Positions 29,949 to 40,315 of a stretch of 64,000 nucleotides of DNA are shown piece after piece. This stretch comes from Microgenomates group bacterium (GTDB lineage Bacteria; Patescibacteriota; Microgenomatia; Daviesbacterales; UBA10151). A program made the translations under genes and the position numbers. The stretch is from the NCBI GenBank assembly GCA_041659805.1, contig JBAZXP010000001.1, forward strand, positions 704,589 through 768,588, read 5' to 3'. The stretch's first letter is position 1. Each line of letters opens with the position of its first letter. The notes below the pieces were generated by a model. That model searched no databases, was not told where the DNA came from, and saw only the letters and a list, made by a program, of their open reading frames with translations.

Positions 29949-30423
29949 TTACGCCCTCCTTATCAAATTTAAAGGATAATCTTGCCCTTGAGATGCCCAA
30001 AATACGTGTTACGCTTTCAGGGTTAAACATTGGTATGCCTGCTTCTTTTTTAACTTTATTAAGCGCGGTTGCTTCTTCAGCATTCTTTTTGACTACAGAG
30101 TCTAAAACAATATCCCTAAGATAAGTATCATTTTTATTAGACAAATAAAAACTGGGTCTAAAATAATATCCTGCCAGAATAAACAGCCAGTTTAATATAA
30201 TTCTTCCTTTTATGCGGAGTGCTAATGTACAGCAAACTAAAGACTCAAGACCAATCAAGGGAAGTTTATACAAAGTAAAGTGCAGTCTGGTAGGTAGGAC
30301 TGAATAGATAAAAACTGCAATAAATAATGAAGCTAAAAGCAGCAATATTTGAGCTAAATTTAAATTACCTGCAATTTTATCTTCAACAGTAGTAATTTGA
30401 GCTGGTATGATTGTAGTTCTCAT
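29923..30423 (-). CDS. small two-TM membrane protein (VirB3-like position)
   Basis: Hydrophobic helices. Gene order pilin-VirB6-(this)-VirB4 mirrors T4SS operons. Confidence 0.3.
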   Translation of the reverse strand: MRTTIIPAQITTVEDKIAGNLNLAQILLLLASLFIAVFIYSVLPTRLHFTLYKLPLIGLESLVCCTLALRIKGRIILNWLFILAGYYFRPSFYLSNKNDTYLRDIVLDSVVKKNAEEATALNKVKKEAGIPMFNPESVTRILGISRARLSFKFDKEGVNAVWQVKK

Positions 30424-30444
30424 AAATTTATTTACAAGCTTTGC

Positions 30445-31737
30445 TTATGCAGTAATAGTCCTCCTTGGTGTAATTTTTGACCCCACCACTTTTCCAGTCA
30501 TTGAAGCTTCTTTTGAGGACGTTGAAATAACATTCATTATTTGTCCTCCTATTTTTCTAACCATACCCCCGCCTGTGTTATAGAAAACCAATTGCATCAT
30601 AATAGAAGGAGTTTTAAGAAGGGTTGATAACAACCCTATTCCTATAAGGATTGATATTAATGAATTGGTGCCTGATTGGCTTGAAACAGTTAAAAATGAA
30701 GCTGCAAGCTGGATGATTACTACATGGACAAAAACAGTATAAACAGCCGTTATATAAGTTTTTACTGAGACTTCAGCAAAATCGGCAAATTTAGGGATTG
30801 CCCATAAAAGAAAAATAAAAGGAGACATTACCGCTCCTAAAGCAATTATAATAAGCCTTGAAACATAGAATAGAAGAAGCATTATTGCCACAATGATAAA
30901 TAAAATCATGAAAATAAATGTTATGAGCGGTGTGGTTTTTGTAACAATTGAAGTGGGCGCAAAGGCATTTAGTATCCATGCACTATTTAGTCCACCTGTT
31001 GCATGAAGAACTGCTGCAATTAAGGTATTGCAGGATAGAACAATCCAGTCACAAAGAAATATTGACATATTAGCCCCAAGAAATGCCAGACCAACTCTGG
31101 GTAATAAATGCTTAAATTCAATCTCTTCAAATCCGAATGTTGAAGCAGACATAAAGTGGAATCCTAAAAGGGCTACTACCAAAGCAAATAAAGAATCAGT
31201 AATGCCTACCATTACCAGCCAGAAGTTAAAGATTACAGAATTAGTCAGTATTGAAGGTGTATTTGTTAAAAAAGTCATAATTCCGTCAGTTAATGGTTTA
31301 GTAGCAGATTGGACGATGTTTTGTAAAAATCCTGCGATTGCATCCAAAAGAACCTGTGTTAAACCATCGGAAGGTGTAACAGGTTGGATGGGAGAAAGAT
31401 TAAGTTGTGCAGAACTTGCGGAAGTTGACGGCGTATTAAAAGCACCTTGGAGCAAAGATGAGAAAACGGCAGCGGAAATAATAATTACCAGACCTATCAG
31501 GGCATTTCTGACAGTTAATTTTGCGTGTTCCAATGCATCAGGTTTTCCCGAAGAGGTTATATACATATATCCTCCTCTTACCAAGAAAAATGTGGCAGCA
31601 GCTGTGGCAAATATGATTAGAGTGCTTAGGGTCTGGTTAGTAAAAGTAGATATTTCAGAGTTTGTTTCAGCCGCAAAAACTAGAGCTGGGTTTAAAAGTA
31701 AACATATTACTGCAAAAAAACCTGTTAGAAACTTCAT
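30445..31737 (-). CDS. VirB6/TrbL-like polytopic membrane protein with N-terminal pilin-like domain
   Basis: Signal peptide and at least 6 TM helices. The N-terminal 100 aa is paralogous to the adjacent pilin-like ORF (LVRGGYMYITSSGKPDALEHAK vs LVWGGFRYMTSSGNPESLDVAK). Confidence 0.45.
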   Translation of the reverse strand: MKFLTGFFAVICLLLNPALVFAAETNSEISTFTNQTLSTLIIFATAAATFFLVRGGYMYITSSGKPDALEHAKLTVRNALIGLVIIISAAVFSSLLQGAFNTPSTSASSAQLNLSPIQPVTPSDGLTQVLLDAIAGFLQNIVQSATKPLTDGIMTFLTNTPSILTNSVIFNFWLVMVGITDSLFALVVALLGFHFMSASTFGFEEIEFKHLLPRVGLAFLGANMSIFLCDWIVLSCNTLIAAVLHATGGLNSAWILNAFAPTSIVTKTTPLITFIFMILFIIVAIMLLLFYVSRLIIIALGAVMSPFIFLLWAIPKFADFAEVSVKTYITAVYTVFVHVVIIQLAASFLTVSSQSGTNSLISILIGIGLLSTLLKTPSIMMQLVFYNTGGGMVRKIGGQIMNVISTSSKEASMTGKVVGSKITPRRTITA

Positions 31738-31760
31738 AATTAAAGCTATGGACAGGTTTA

Positions 31761-32090
31761 TTAGATAGTGCCAAAAGCAGAAGTGGCAACTTGGGTAACA
31801 ATATTGGAAAGAACATAAGCTCCTAAAACTATTGCCAAACCTATTGCAGAAAACATAATAGTTTTTTTAGCTACATCCAAGCTCTCGGGATTACCAGATG
31901 ATGTCATATACCTAAATCCTCCCCAAACTAAAAATGCTGTAGCTACCAGAGCTGCTAACGTCACAAAAATCTGGATAATGCTTTGAATAAAAGTTTGAAC
32001 TTTGGAAACATCAGCACCCGCTGCAAACACAGGGGAGGCAACTATCAGGGCTGTTAATAATAATGAAGATGTATAAATTATTTTTTTCAT
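31761..32090 (-). CDS. VirB2/TrbC-like pilin candidate (signal peptide + two hydrophobic helices)
   Basis: 109 aa with a cleavable signal (VFA-AG) followed by two hydrophobic segments, typical of T4SS pilins. Confidence 0.4.
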   Translation of the reverse strand: MKKIIYTSSLLLTALIVASPVFAAGADVSKVQTFIQSIIQIFVTLAALVATAFLVWGGFRYMTSSGNPESLDVAKKTIMFSAIGLAIVLGAYVLSNIVTQVATSAFGTI

Positions 32091-32211
32091 ACCTAACCAC
32101 TTTCAATTTTGGGCATAGGCAGGAAAAATCAAGAACACTAACTTATGCGGATTATGGCATAAGATATCACTCTATGTCAACGTTGGCTTTAGGAGTCAAA
32201 AAGATGAAGTA

Positions 32212-35200
32212 TTAATAACTAACTTTTACATTTCCTTTAGAAGATAGGTTCTCAAATGTTTCTAAGTTAACTATGTGATATTTATCAACAATTGTGCCTG
32301 TAGGCTCCAAAATACCAACTACCTTCATCTGTGATATCCCAAAAAAGTTGTTGATTATATCACCGGTTTTCTGGAAAAGCTTTTCTTTTTGCATGAGGGT
32401 GGCTTCTTCATAACCCAAAATCATTTCATTATTATTTAAAGATAATGAACCATCTTTGATCTTCAGAAGCTTACTATCCAAAGTACTGATCTCTGCAAAT
32501 AATTTAGGAGTATTACTTACAGGTTCAGCTTTGACTTGTTTAGCTGCCACAACTTTAGTTTTTTCCACTGTATTTGCAGGGTTTGACATATTTGAGCTAA
32601 ATCGGGCAAATTCAAAGAATATGAAGGTAAATAACACCATCATAATGGCTGGGGCAAAGATTGAAAGATAATTAGTTTTTCCAGGGCGGTAACGCCTTAA
32701 AAGGAGTGAATTACTGACCACAGAAATTGAGCTTAAAGCCATTGCAAGTCCTGCTAATTCTGGCTTCAAAACCAACCCGATACCTGCAAATACTCTGGCT
32801 GCCACAGGAATACCAATAACATTATAAAAGAGGGCAAAAAACATATTCTGCTTAATCTTGCCCATTGTTTCTTTAGAAAGAGAAATAGCGTGGACAACAT
32901 CACGAAGATCATTTTTGATTATTACAATTCCACCAGTCTCCATTGCAACATCTGTTCCTGAACCCATGGCAATACCTAAATCAGCCTGTGCCAAAGCAGG
33001 AGCATCATTGATACCATCTCCAACCATAGCTACCTTTTTACCCAAGCTTTGCAGCTTTTTAACCTCATTTGCCTTATCTTCCGGTAATACTTCAGCCAAA
33101 ACATTAGTAATACCGACTTGCTCTGCAATTGCCCTGGCTGTTCTTTCGTTGTCACCAGTAATCATCCATACCTCAATACCCATCTTCTGTAGTTTTTCAA
33201 CAGCCTCAGCTGAAGTTTCTTTAACAGTATCAGCTACTCCAATAAGCCCTAAGACTTCGTCTTTGCTAGCCAAAATCATGACTGTTACGCCTTGATCTTC
33301 CAAACGAGCCATTTTACGGTTGACTCTATCAATCGGTAATCCCACTATTTCTGAAATTAGCTTTCTATTGCCAAAGTAATACACTTTTCCGCCAATTTCT
33401 GCTTGAACTCCATGTCCTGGAATAGCTTTAAAATTAATGGCTTCTTGAAGTTTAACGCCTTCTTCTTGGGCATAATTATAGATAGCTTCAGCCAATGGAT
33501 GTTCAGATTGTTTTTCAATACTTGCACAAATTTCTAATACTTCATCCTCATCTAAGCTTCCCAAGGATTCAACATCAGTTACTTCTGGTTTTCCTTTAGT
33601 TAAGGTTCCTGTTTTATCAAAAATAATGGCGTTTATCTTACAGGCTGCTTCTAAAGGTTCACCGCCCTTTACCAAAATACCATACTCTGCACCTTTACCA
33701 GTTCCCACCATAATGGCAGTAGGGGTAGCAAGACCTAAGGCACAAGGACAGGCTATAACAATCACCGCAGTAAAGGCCATTAAGGCAAAGGCAAGAGGGG
33801 CTCCTAATACGAAGAACCAAACTATAAATGTAATTACTGCAATGCCAATAACAGTAGGAACAAAATAAGCAGAAATCCTATCGGCAAAGGCTTGGATAGG
33901 AGCTTTTGATCCTTGAGCATCTTCAACCAAGCGGATAATCTGGGAAAGAGTAGTTTCTGATCCAACACGGGTTGCGGTAAATTGAAAACTTCCAACTTTA
34001 TTAATAGTACCCCCAATAACATTATCTCCTTCTCTTTTTTCGACAGGCATGCTTTCTCCAGTAATCATTGACTCATCTAAAGACGAAGTACCACTGGCAA
34101 TAACACCATCAACAGGTACTTTTTCTCCAGGTCTCACCATTAACAGATCACCTTTTACTACTTGCTCAATTGGAATATCTAAAGTTTCGCCGTTTCTAAT
34201 AACTCTAGCCGTTTTGGCCTGAAGTCCCATGAGTTTCTTGATAGCCTCAGAAGTCCTGCCTTTAGCTTTAGCTTCTAACCATTTACCCAAAATAACAAAG
34301 GTAATAAGGAAGGCTGCTGTTTCAAAATATAGATCAGGAATTCTAGCTCCATTTAAACCAATTAAAGAATTATTTGTTAAAAAGTAATTTATAAAATTAA
34401 ATAAGCTGTAAAAATAAGCGGTAGATGTACCGATAGCAATAAGACTATCCATATTAAAGGTTTTCATGCGAAGAGCAGACCACATACCCTTATAAAAGCC
34501 TTTACCAATAATAAATTGAACTGGAGTTGCTAGTATTAATGAAATTATTCCAATATAGGGAGAAAGAGTTGAACTGCCTGGAAGTCCTTGGAAAAATTCA
34601 AAGAACATGAAATAAAGCATTGGGACGCTTAAAATAAAACTGATGAGAAATTTCTTAAATTGTCCTGATATTTCTTCCTGTTGTTTTCGGGTTTCAAATT
34701 CACTATCAGCTTCATCAAGCACTGTAGCTTTATATCCTGCTTTTCTAACTGCCTCAAGAAGGGAATCTTTTGAAGGAAGATTTGAGTCTACTAAAACTGA
34801 TGCTTTTTCAGCAGTAAAGTTAACATGAGCTTCTTTTACTCCGGGTACTTTCTTCAAGGATTTTTCAATAATTCCTGCACAAGAAGTGCAGTGCATACCA
34901 GAAAGAGATAGGCTAACTTTTTCAGAAGAATTTGATGGTAATTGAGGAGTTGCAATACTTAAATTATTATGCTCAGCATTATCTACTGCTTCAGATAAAA
35001 GCACGCGCTGTTCTCCCTTATGAATATCCAGCGTGTTAAAAAGATTTACTGACCTGAGTAATCTGTCGATAAAATCCCTAGAATCGTCTTTTTTGTCTTT
35101 TGGAATTGAAAATTCAGCTTTTTTTCTATTGTCTACTTTGCCTTCAAAATACAATTTTCCATCTGCACCCTCTAAAACTTTTCCGGCAGCTGTGGTAATT

Positions 35201-35523
35201 GATTGTACGTTTACCTTAATTGGTTTACCATTTGCAACTGATTTTTGAGATATCTTAATCTCACTAGAAATACCTCTTTCATTTGGTATGTTCGCTGAAC
35301 CTATAGAGTCTACAGTTGCCTGATATCCTGCATTGGCAACAGCTTTTACTATATCCTCAGGTTTATTAACTGTTAAATTAAGAAGTACTGATCCTTTACC
35401 GGATTTAAAATCAATTTCAGCATCGCTTACTCCTGGTAGTTCTTCCAGCTCGTCTTTAATGAGCATCTCACAAGAACCGCAGTGCATTCCTTTGACTATA
35501 AAATTAATTCTCTGTTTGCTCAT
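32212..35523 (-). CDS. copA: copper-translocating P1B-type ATPase with two N-terminal HMA domains and a C-terminal extension
   Basis: [10 protein letters not shown] and [10 protein letters not shown] (HMA), [10 protein letters not shown] (TM6 CPC), [17 protein letters not shown]; 1103 aa. Confidence 0.85.
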   Translation of the reverse strand: MSKQRINFIVKGMHCGSCEMLIKDELEELPGVSDAEIDFKSGKGSVLLNLTVNKPEDIVKAVANAGYQATVDSIGSANIPNERGISSEIKISQKSVANGKPIKVNVQSITTAAGKVLEGADGKLYFEGKVDNRKKAEFSIPKDKKDDSRDFIDRLLRSVNLFNTLDIHKGEQRVLLSEAVDNAEHNNLSIATPQLPSNSSEKVSLSLSGMHCTSCAGIIEKSLKKVPGVKEAHVNFTAEKASVLVDSNLPSKDSLLEAVRKAGYKATVLDEADSEFETRKQQEEISGQFKKFLISFILSVPMLYFMFFEFFQGLPGSSTLSPYIGIISLILATPVQFIIGKGFYKGMWSALRMKTFNMDSLIAIGTSTAYFYSLFNFINYFLTNNSLIGLNGARIPDLYFETAAFLITFVILGKWLEAKAKGRTSEAIKKLMGLQAKTARVIRNGETLDIPIEQVVKGDLLMVRPGEKVPVDGVIASGTSSLDESMITGESMPVEKREGDNVIGGTINKVGSFQFTATRVGSETTLSQIIRLVEDAQGSKAPIQAFADRISAYFVPTVIGIAVITFIVWFFVLGAPLAFALMAFTAVIVIACPCALGLATPTAIMVGTGKGAEYGILVKGGEPLEAACKINAIIFDKTGTLTKGKPEVTDVESLGSLDEDEVLEICASIEKQSEHPLAEAIYNYAQEEGVKLQEAINFKAIPGHGVQAEIGGKVYYFGNRKLISEIVGLPIDRVNRKMARLEDQGVTVMILASKDEVLGLIGVADTVKETSAEAVEKLQKMGIEVWMITGDNERTARAIAEQVGITNVLAEVLPEDKANEVKKLQSLGKKVAMVGDGINDAPALAQADLGIAMGSGTDVAMETGGIVIIKNDLRDVVHAISLSKETMGKIKQNMFFALFYNVIGIPVAARVFAGIGLVLKPELAGLAMALSSISVVSNSLLLRRYRPGKTNYLSIFAPAIMMVLFTFIFFEFARFSSNMSNPANTVEKTKVVAAKQVKAEPVSNTPKLFAEISTLDSKLLKIKDGSLSLNNNEMILGYEEATLMQKEKLFQKTGDIINNFFGISQMKVVGILEPTGTIVDKYHIVNLETFENLSSKGNVKVSY

Positions 35524-35573
35524 ATAGTTATAGGTTGTAAGTATACAGGTGAAACATTAAGAAATTATGAAGA

Positions 35574-35771
35574 CTAACTAACTTTGTAGTCAGTCCCTTT
35601 CAGGGCAAGTTCTACTTCATCTATATTTATAGAACGATTAGCTGTAACTATTGCTTCACCACTAAGCTCAACACTTACCTTTTCAACTCCTTCTATTTTC
35701 ATGAGTTTTTTCTCAATAACCTTTTGACATGCTCCGCAATGCATCCCTGATATTTTAAATGTATTATTCAT
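35574..35771 (-). CDS. copZ: copper chaperone (HMA domain, CopZ-like)
   Basis: 65 aa with GMHCGACQKV. Confidence 0.8.
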   Translation of the reverse strand: MNNTFKISGMHCGACQKVIEKKLMKIEGVEKVSVELSGEAIVTANRSINIDEVELALKGTDYKVS

Positions 35772-35772
35772 A

Positions 35773-37590
35773 TTAATTAACTGTTATCACCCCTCTCGGT
35801 ATTCCCATAGCACAGGTGATTTTGTAATCTCCTGGTTTTGTGGGAGTAAAGTTGAAAACAATCGGTGTACCTTTTTGGAGTATTTCTGGTGTTTGGGTCA
35901 AACCTGGAACCATAATACTACCCATACAGCCATAACCATCATCTTTAACTTCAATCTCCATTCTTACGGGTTGACCAGACTTTACAGTAAATCTGTTTGG
36001 TTGGATGTCTTTATCTTGGGTATAAGTCATTTTAATAACTTGAATGTTGCCTTCCTTGGCAGCCGGTGCTGGTGAAACCGAAGCTGTTGCCTGTAATTTT
36101 TGTTGGGCAGCAGCCGCTCCTGCTCCACAGCCACAACCACCACCACCGCTACCGCAACTTCCACCGCCACCTGCTGGAGCCGTAGCCTGATTCTTTAAGT
36201 CTTGAGCTGCAACCCCTCCGCTTCCATCATCATTTACTACATTAAACACTCCTCTGTACATACCCATTGAGCAGCTAAACTTTAACGCACCTGTCTCAGT
36301 AGGGGTAAACTCAATAATGTTTTCACCAAGCTCCAGGCTTTTTCGAACATTTAAGCTAGATGAAACGATTGAACTTGCACAAGTATTAACATTTGTAGAA
36401 GTAACAATCCATTTAACAGGAACACCTTTTTTAATTGTAAAAGTATTCGGATTATAACCAGATCCATCCTGAGTCATCCTAACAACCTGCACACCGTTTT
36501 CTAAAGTCACATTGGGATCAGAAGCATTAGAACCAGCAGAAGAAGAACTACCACCAAATGGTGCAGCAAAAGCCAAACCAGTAAGGTTATAGCCATTGGA
36601 GATATTAAATATTGCCAGAGCTATTACTACTATTCCGGCAAATTTGAAGAAACTTTTGGCAAAAGCGCCTTTTACAACTGAAGTAAGCCCTCCAATCCCT
36701 AAAAGTCCAGGTGTAGTACCTAAAGCAAAAGCTCCCATTGTTATTGCTCCGGAAATAGGATCACCTGTGCTAATTGCATAAAGCTGCATAGCCTGAGTAA
36801 AACCGCAAGGCAAAAAGAATGTCGTTGCTCCCAGGATCATTGAGTTGTTGTGACTGTATTCTTTTTCATGGCGGTCTTTAATACCTAAGCTTCTGCTAAT
36901 AAACTTCGGTAGGGTTATATTTACCGAACGTAACCTGGGTGAAATATCAATAAGCTGTGCTCCCAAAAGGAACATAACTCCGCCAACAATAATAGTCAAA
37001 AAACCTAGAACTGTGGGGGAAAGACTGAAAAAAGAACCGGCAAAACCTATAACCCCTCCAAAGAAAATATAAGAAGCGATCCTTCCGATATTAAAGAACA
37101 CATGAGGTTTAAATTTCTGTAGTGTGGTAGCAGTTGGATGAAGCTCAGCAAATTTAGCGGAAGCCCCTAAAATTAAACCGCCGACCAAAGCCATACAAGT
37201 AGAAAACCCTGCTGTGAGTCCAATAAGGAGAACAACAGGTAAACTGGAAAAATTATTTGATGTTGAGCCAACCAAATCAAATAGTCCTAAATTGCTTAAC
37301 AGTAAGTAAATAAAGAATAAAATTCCTGCAGCTGTGAGTAAATCAAAGTAATCTTGTGGATTTTTTGAAAGCAAAGGTTTTTCTTCCTTACCAACAGTGT
37401 AACCAACTTCACCTATTGCCAGGTCAACTCTGTTTTCATCTAACCCATTATTGTGATAAATTTCAGCAGTGCCTTTTGTATGGCTAACCACGCATTTTTC
37501 CACCCCGGGAATTTTTAATAGTTCATCTTCGATCAAGATTTCGCAAGACCGGCAATGCATTCCTTTAATATGTACAGTAGTTTTTTCCAT
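35773..37590 (-). CDS. fusion protein: N-terminal HMA domain + DsbD_2/cytochrome-c-biogenesis-like polytopic membrane domain + two C-terminal cupredoxin-like domains
   Basis: GMHCRSCEIL (HMA). The membrane core has Cys pairs in TM helices (TCMAL, FLPCG). A Gly-rich linker (GGGGSCGSGGGGCGCGAGAAA) separates two beta-rich about 100-aa modules that look cupredoxin/plastocyanin-like. Confidence 0.55.
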   Translation of the reverse strand: MEKTTVHIKGMHCRSCEILIEDELLKIPGVEKCVVSHTKGTAEIYHNNGLDENRVDLAIGEVGYTVGKEEKPLLSKNPQDYFDLLTAAGILFFIYLLLSNLGLFDLVGSTSNNFSSLPVVLLIGLTAGFSTCMALVGGLILGASAKFAELHPTATTLQKFKPHVFFNIGRIASYIFFGGVIGFAGSFFSLSPTVLGFLTIIVGGVMFLLGAQLIDISPRLRSVNITLPKFISRSLGIKDRHEKEYSHNNSMILGATTFFLPCGFTQAMQLYAISTGDPISGAITMGAFALGTTPGLLGIGGLTSVVKGAFAKSFFKFAGIVVIALAIFNISNGYNLTGLAFAAPFGGSSSSAGSNASDPNVTLENGVQVVRMTQDGSGYNPNTFTIKKGVPVKWIVTSTNVNTCASSIVSSSLNVRKSLELGENIIEFTPTETGALKFSCSMGMYRGVFNVVNDDGSGGVAAQDLKNQATAPAGGGGSCGSGGGGCGCGAGAAAAQQKLQATASVSPAPAAKEGNIQVIKMTYTQDKDIQPNRFTVKSGQPVRMEIEVKDDGYGCMGSIMVPGLTQTPEILQKGTPIVFNFTPTKPGDYKITCAMGIPRGVITVN

Positions 37591-37601
37591 AGTTTAATAA
37601 A

Positions 37602-38381
37602 TTATTGGGAAAGCTGAGAATCAATAGCTGTTTTAAAAGCACTAAATGGTTGTGCTCCAACTATTGTTATGCCTTCAACATAATCTCCTGATACAGTTTT
37701 CCCAAGGAACCAGGTTGGTGTGCCATTTGCTCCGACTTTTTGTGCTTCTGCTAAATCTTTATCTACCTCAGCTTTTAATTTACCGTCATCTAAACATTTT
37801 TGAAATTGTGTTACATTCAACCCAATTGTTTTTGCGAGAACAGGTAATTGATCTATAGTAATACCTGTGCCACCAGAAGTAGTTTTAGTGAATATCTGAT
37901 CATGATATTTATAGTAGGCGACATCTCCTCCTTGATCTTTTGCGCACTGAGCTGCTTCAGCTTCTTTGACAGCATTTTGATGGAAAGGAAGTGGTAAGTC
38001 TTTATATACTAATCTTATTTTTCCTGTATCTATGTAATTCTTTTTTAGATCTGGTAATAGGTCGGTAAAGGTTTTTTTACAAAAAGGACACTCATAATCG
38101 GAAAACTCCACTAAAGTTAGTTTGGCGTTTTTATCGCCTAAAATGGGATCTCCGGCAATAGATACTTTTACTGGCTTACTAGGATCTGGTTGGGCAGCTG
38201 CTTGAGCTTGTACAGGTGCTTGGCTGGGTTGAGCAACTTGCACGGCTGCGTTATTAGTTTTTTGAGTAGTATCACCTTTTATCTTAAGAGTGCCCCCACT
38301 AACTAAAATTGCTGTGGAGATAATCATGGATGCCAAAAGTATTGACCCTGGTACTGTTGTAAATAAAGCTTTTGCTAACAT
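37602..38381 (-). CDS. DsbA-family thiol:disulfide oxidoreductase (membrane-anchored)
   Basis: Thioredoxin-fold CxxC active site (SDYECPFCKK) and an N-terminal anchor. Confidence 0.75.
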   Translation of the reverse strand: MLAKALFTTVPGSILLASMIISTAILVSGGTLKIKGDTTQKTNNAAVQVAQPSQAPVQAQAAAQPDPSKPVKVSIAGDPILGDKNAKLTLVEFSDYECPFCKKTFTDLLPDLKKNYIDTGKIRLVYKDLPLPFHQNAVKEAEAAQCAKDQGGDVAYYKYHDQIFTKTTSGGTGITIDQLPVLAKTIGLNVTQFQKCLDDGKLKAEVDKDLAEAQKVGANGTPTWFLGKTVSGDYVEGITIVGAQPFSAFKTAIDSQLSQ

Positions 38382-38430
38382 ATTTTTAATATCATACAGA
38401 AGCAGAGATTAAGAAATCATGAAGATTTCT

Positions 38431-38661
38431 TTAATCTTTTAGCTCTTCTTTCTTGTTCTCCTGACTACTTTCATGCTCACTTTTCATAGAATGACCCTTC
38501 ATCATAAAAATATGCATTAATGGGCAAAGAAGTAGAAAACCAAATGTAAATAGACTGGATACAGGAACTTTAAAAAAGTAGATGGCAATTAATACAGCAC
38601 TAATGCCTAGTAAACAAAATATAAAAATTTTACTCTTACTTATGTTTTTACAGCAATTCAT
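38431..38661 (-). CDS. small membrane protein (76 aa)
   Basis: Two hydrophobic helices. Confidence 0.3.
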   Translation of the reverse strand: MNCCKNISKSKIFIFCLLGISAVLIAIYFFKVPVSSLFTFGFLLLCPLMHIFMMKGHSMKSEHESSQENKKEELKD

Positions 38662-38663
38662 AA

Positions 38664-39500
38664 TTAGGCTCTTTTAACAATTTTGTAAATGAAAATTAAA
38701 ATAGCAATTAGAAACACGACATTTAAAGCTAAGTTATTACCCACAAGGGAATTTACCCATTCAGCAGAATTGGTGATGGTTTTAGTGAATACTTCCATAT
38801 TATCAGGAGATAATGATCCTTTATAAGAAAGAACCAAAATTAATACTCCGGTTACAAAAAAGACTGCTGAGCCAATTAAATTACTCAGGATTAGTGGTGT
38901 ATATCTGCCAAAGAGGGTAATAGTGGCTACTGGACGCCTAAGTACACTAAATTTTGGCATTTTATCGTTTAAGAATAAAGATATAAGTAGTAAAGGTGTA
39001 ACCATTCCCAAAACATATACTCCGCCAATAGCTAGCGCCCCAAAGAAATTAGGGGATAAAAAGGTGAGGGCTAGAATCCCTATTAATACCGGTGCACAAC
39101 AAGCAGAGGTAATACCAGAGAAGATACCCAAAGTAAAAACAGACAAGATATCTGGTTTTTCTTTTTGGACGCTGCCTGGTAAATGAGGCATCGGTAGCTT
39201 TATACCCAAAAAGGTGACTAAAGACACAAGTAGCATCACTATTCCACCTGCAATATAAATTGGATCATGATAACGAAAAGTTAGCTTGGAAATTAATGCC
39301 ACTCCTAAAACAGCAGGCAACATAACCACAAAAATGCCTAATCCAAATACTAGTGTCATCAAAAGAACCTTCTCTTTTTCTTTAAAAACTCCGCCTAAGT
39401 AAGCTGGAAGTAAAAAGGTTATGCAACAAGGGGCAAACAGAGCTACCATTCCTGCCACAAAAGCTGCTATTAAAGATGTCTGAAAGAGTATTGTTTCCAT
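38664..39500 (-). CDS. ccdA: CcdA/DsbD-family transmembrane thiol-disulfide electron transfer protein
   Basis: FAPCCITFLLPAYLG (Cys pair in TM1) and a second Cys pair (SACCAPV). Confidence 0.65.
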   Translation of the reverse strand: METILFQTSLIAAFVAGMVALFAPCCITFLLPAYLGGVFKEKEKVLLMTLVFGLGIFVVMLPAVLGVALISKLTFRYHDPIYIAGGIVMLLVSLVTFLGIKLPMPHLPGSVQKEKPDILSVFTLGIFSGITSACCAPVLIGILALTFLSPNFFGALAIGGVYVLGMVTPLLLISLFLNDKMPKFSVLRRPVATITLFGRYTPLILSNLIGSAVFFVTGVLILVLSYKGSLSPDNMEVFTKTITNSAEWVNSLVGNNLALNVVFLIAILIFIYKIVKRA

Positions 39501-39997
39501 TATTTGGTTACATTGGCAGTTAAAGTAAATTCGAGATTTGGATTACTTGAGTCATTAGTATCTACTGAAATATATCTTATAATAGAGCCTACTCCATTTG
39601 GTCCATGATAGGCTGGATCAAATACTACATTAAGTTGTGCTTCGTCTCCTGGTGCAACCTCTCCTACCCAAGGGGATACAGTATTCATTCCGAAAGAAGG
39701 GCTGGTATTTCCATTAATAATTACTTGAGCTTTTGTGCAGTGGCAAGAAGTTTTAACCTTAGTAAGTTTTAGCACATCTGTGCCTGTATTTTTAATCACA
39801 AAATTTTTGCTAACATTGCCATCCTTCATGTTTATTGTGCCCCAATCATAGGTTTTTTGATCTATATTCACTTTTGTGTTTTTGGAAGGAGTAATAGTTG
39901 CTGATGTTGAGCTGTTACCAGATAGTAAAAAAAATGCTCCACCCAGGATCAAAGCGCTAAACAAAACGATACTTATAATTACTTTCTTTTCATTCAT
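39500..39997 (-). CDS. DUF1573-like secreted protein
   Basis: IKNTGTDVLKLTKVKTSCHCTKA fits the DUF1573 N-G-x-x-L-x-I-x-x-V-x-x-SCxCT signature. Signal anchor at the N-terminus. Confidence 0.5.
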   Translation of the reverse strand: MNEKKVIISIVLFSALILGGAFFLLSGNSSTSATITPSKNTKVNIDQKTYDWGTINMKDGNVSKNFVIKNTGTDVLKLTKVKTSCHCTKAQVIINGNTSPSFGMNTVSPWVGEVAPGDEAQLNVVFDPAYHGPNGVGSIIRYISVDTNDSSNPNLEFTLTANVTK

Positions 39998-40000
39998 ATT

Positions 40001-40261
40001 TTAAAAATTATATTTGTGCAAACGCTTTATTTCTTTTGTAGCATTTTCAATCTTTCCTTTTTTGATGAGATCTACCACACAAATGTTTAAATGATCTTTT
40101 GCCATTAAACTATTTGCTTCTTTTAGTAAACCCTGTATTTCTTGCGACTGTTTTATAACCTCAAGACTGGATGAGCCGTTTTGAAAAATATTTATTACTT
40201 GTTGCAAACGATGTTGCGCTTGCCTTAGTTTTGACAGGACAAGCTGATTGCTTTTTCCCAT
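40001..40261 (-). CDS. CsoR/RcnR-family (DUF156) metal-sensing repressor-like protein
   Basis: 86-aa all-helical protein (...LRQAQHRLQQV...HLNICVVDLI...) consistent with DUF156 architecture, sitting in a metal island. The call rests on sequence pattern and context. Confidence 0.45.
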   Translation of the reverse strand: MGKSNQLVLSKLRQAQHRLQQVINIFQNGSSSLEVIKQSQEIQGLLKEANSLMAKDHLNICVVDLIKKGKIENATKEIKRLHKYNF

Positions 40262-40315
40262 ATTGAATATCTAATGATAATAAATCGAAGATTAAGAAAG
40301 TATGAAGATAGATTA

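Noticed and set aside
32456-35527. Multiple 60-145-aa ORFs on the plus strand inside copA (for example 32858..33295 and 33626..33868), and similar ones inside the other ATPase genes
   Set aside because: They are antisense artefacts fully embedded in long, motif-rich genes.
38431-38661. Considered calling the 76-aa ORF a known copper-island small protein (DUF2933-like)
   Set aside because: I cannot support a family assignment from sequence alone, so I left it as a generic small membrane protein.
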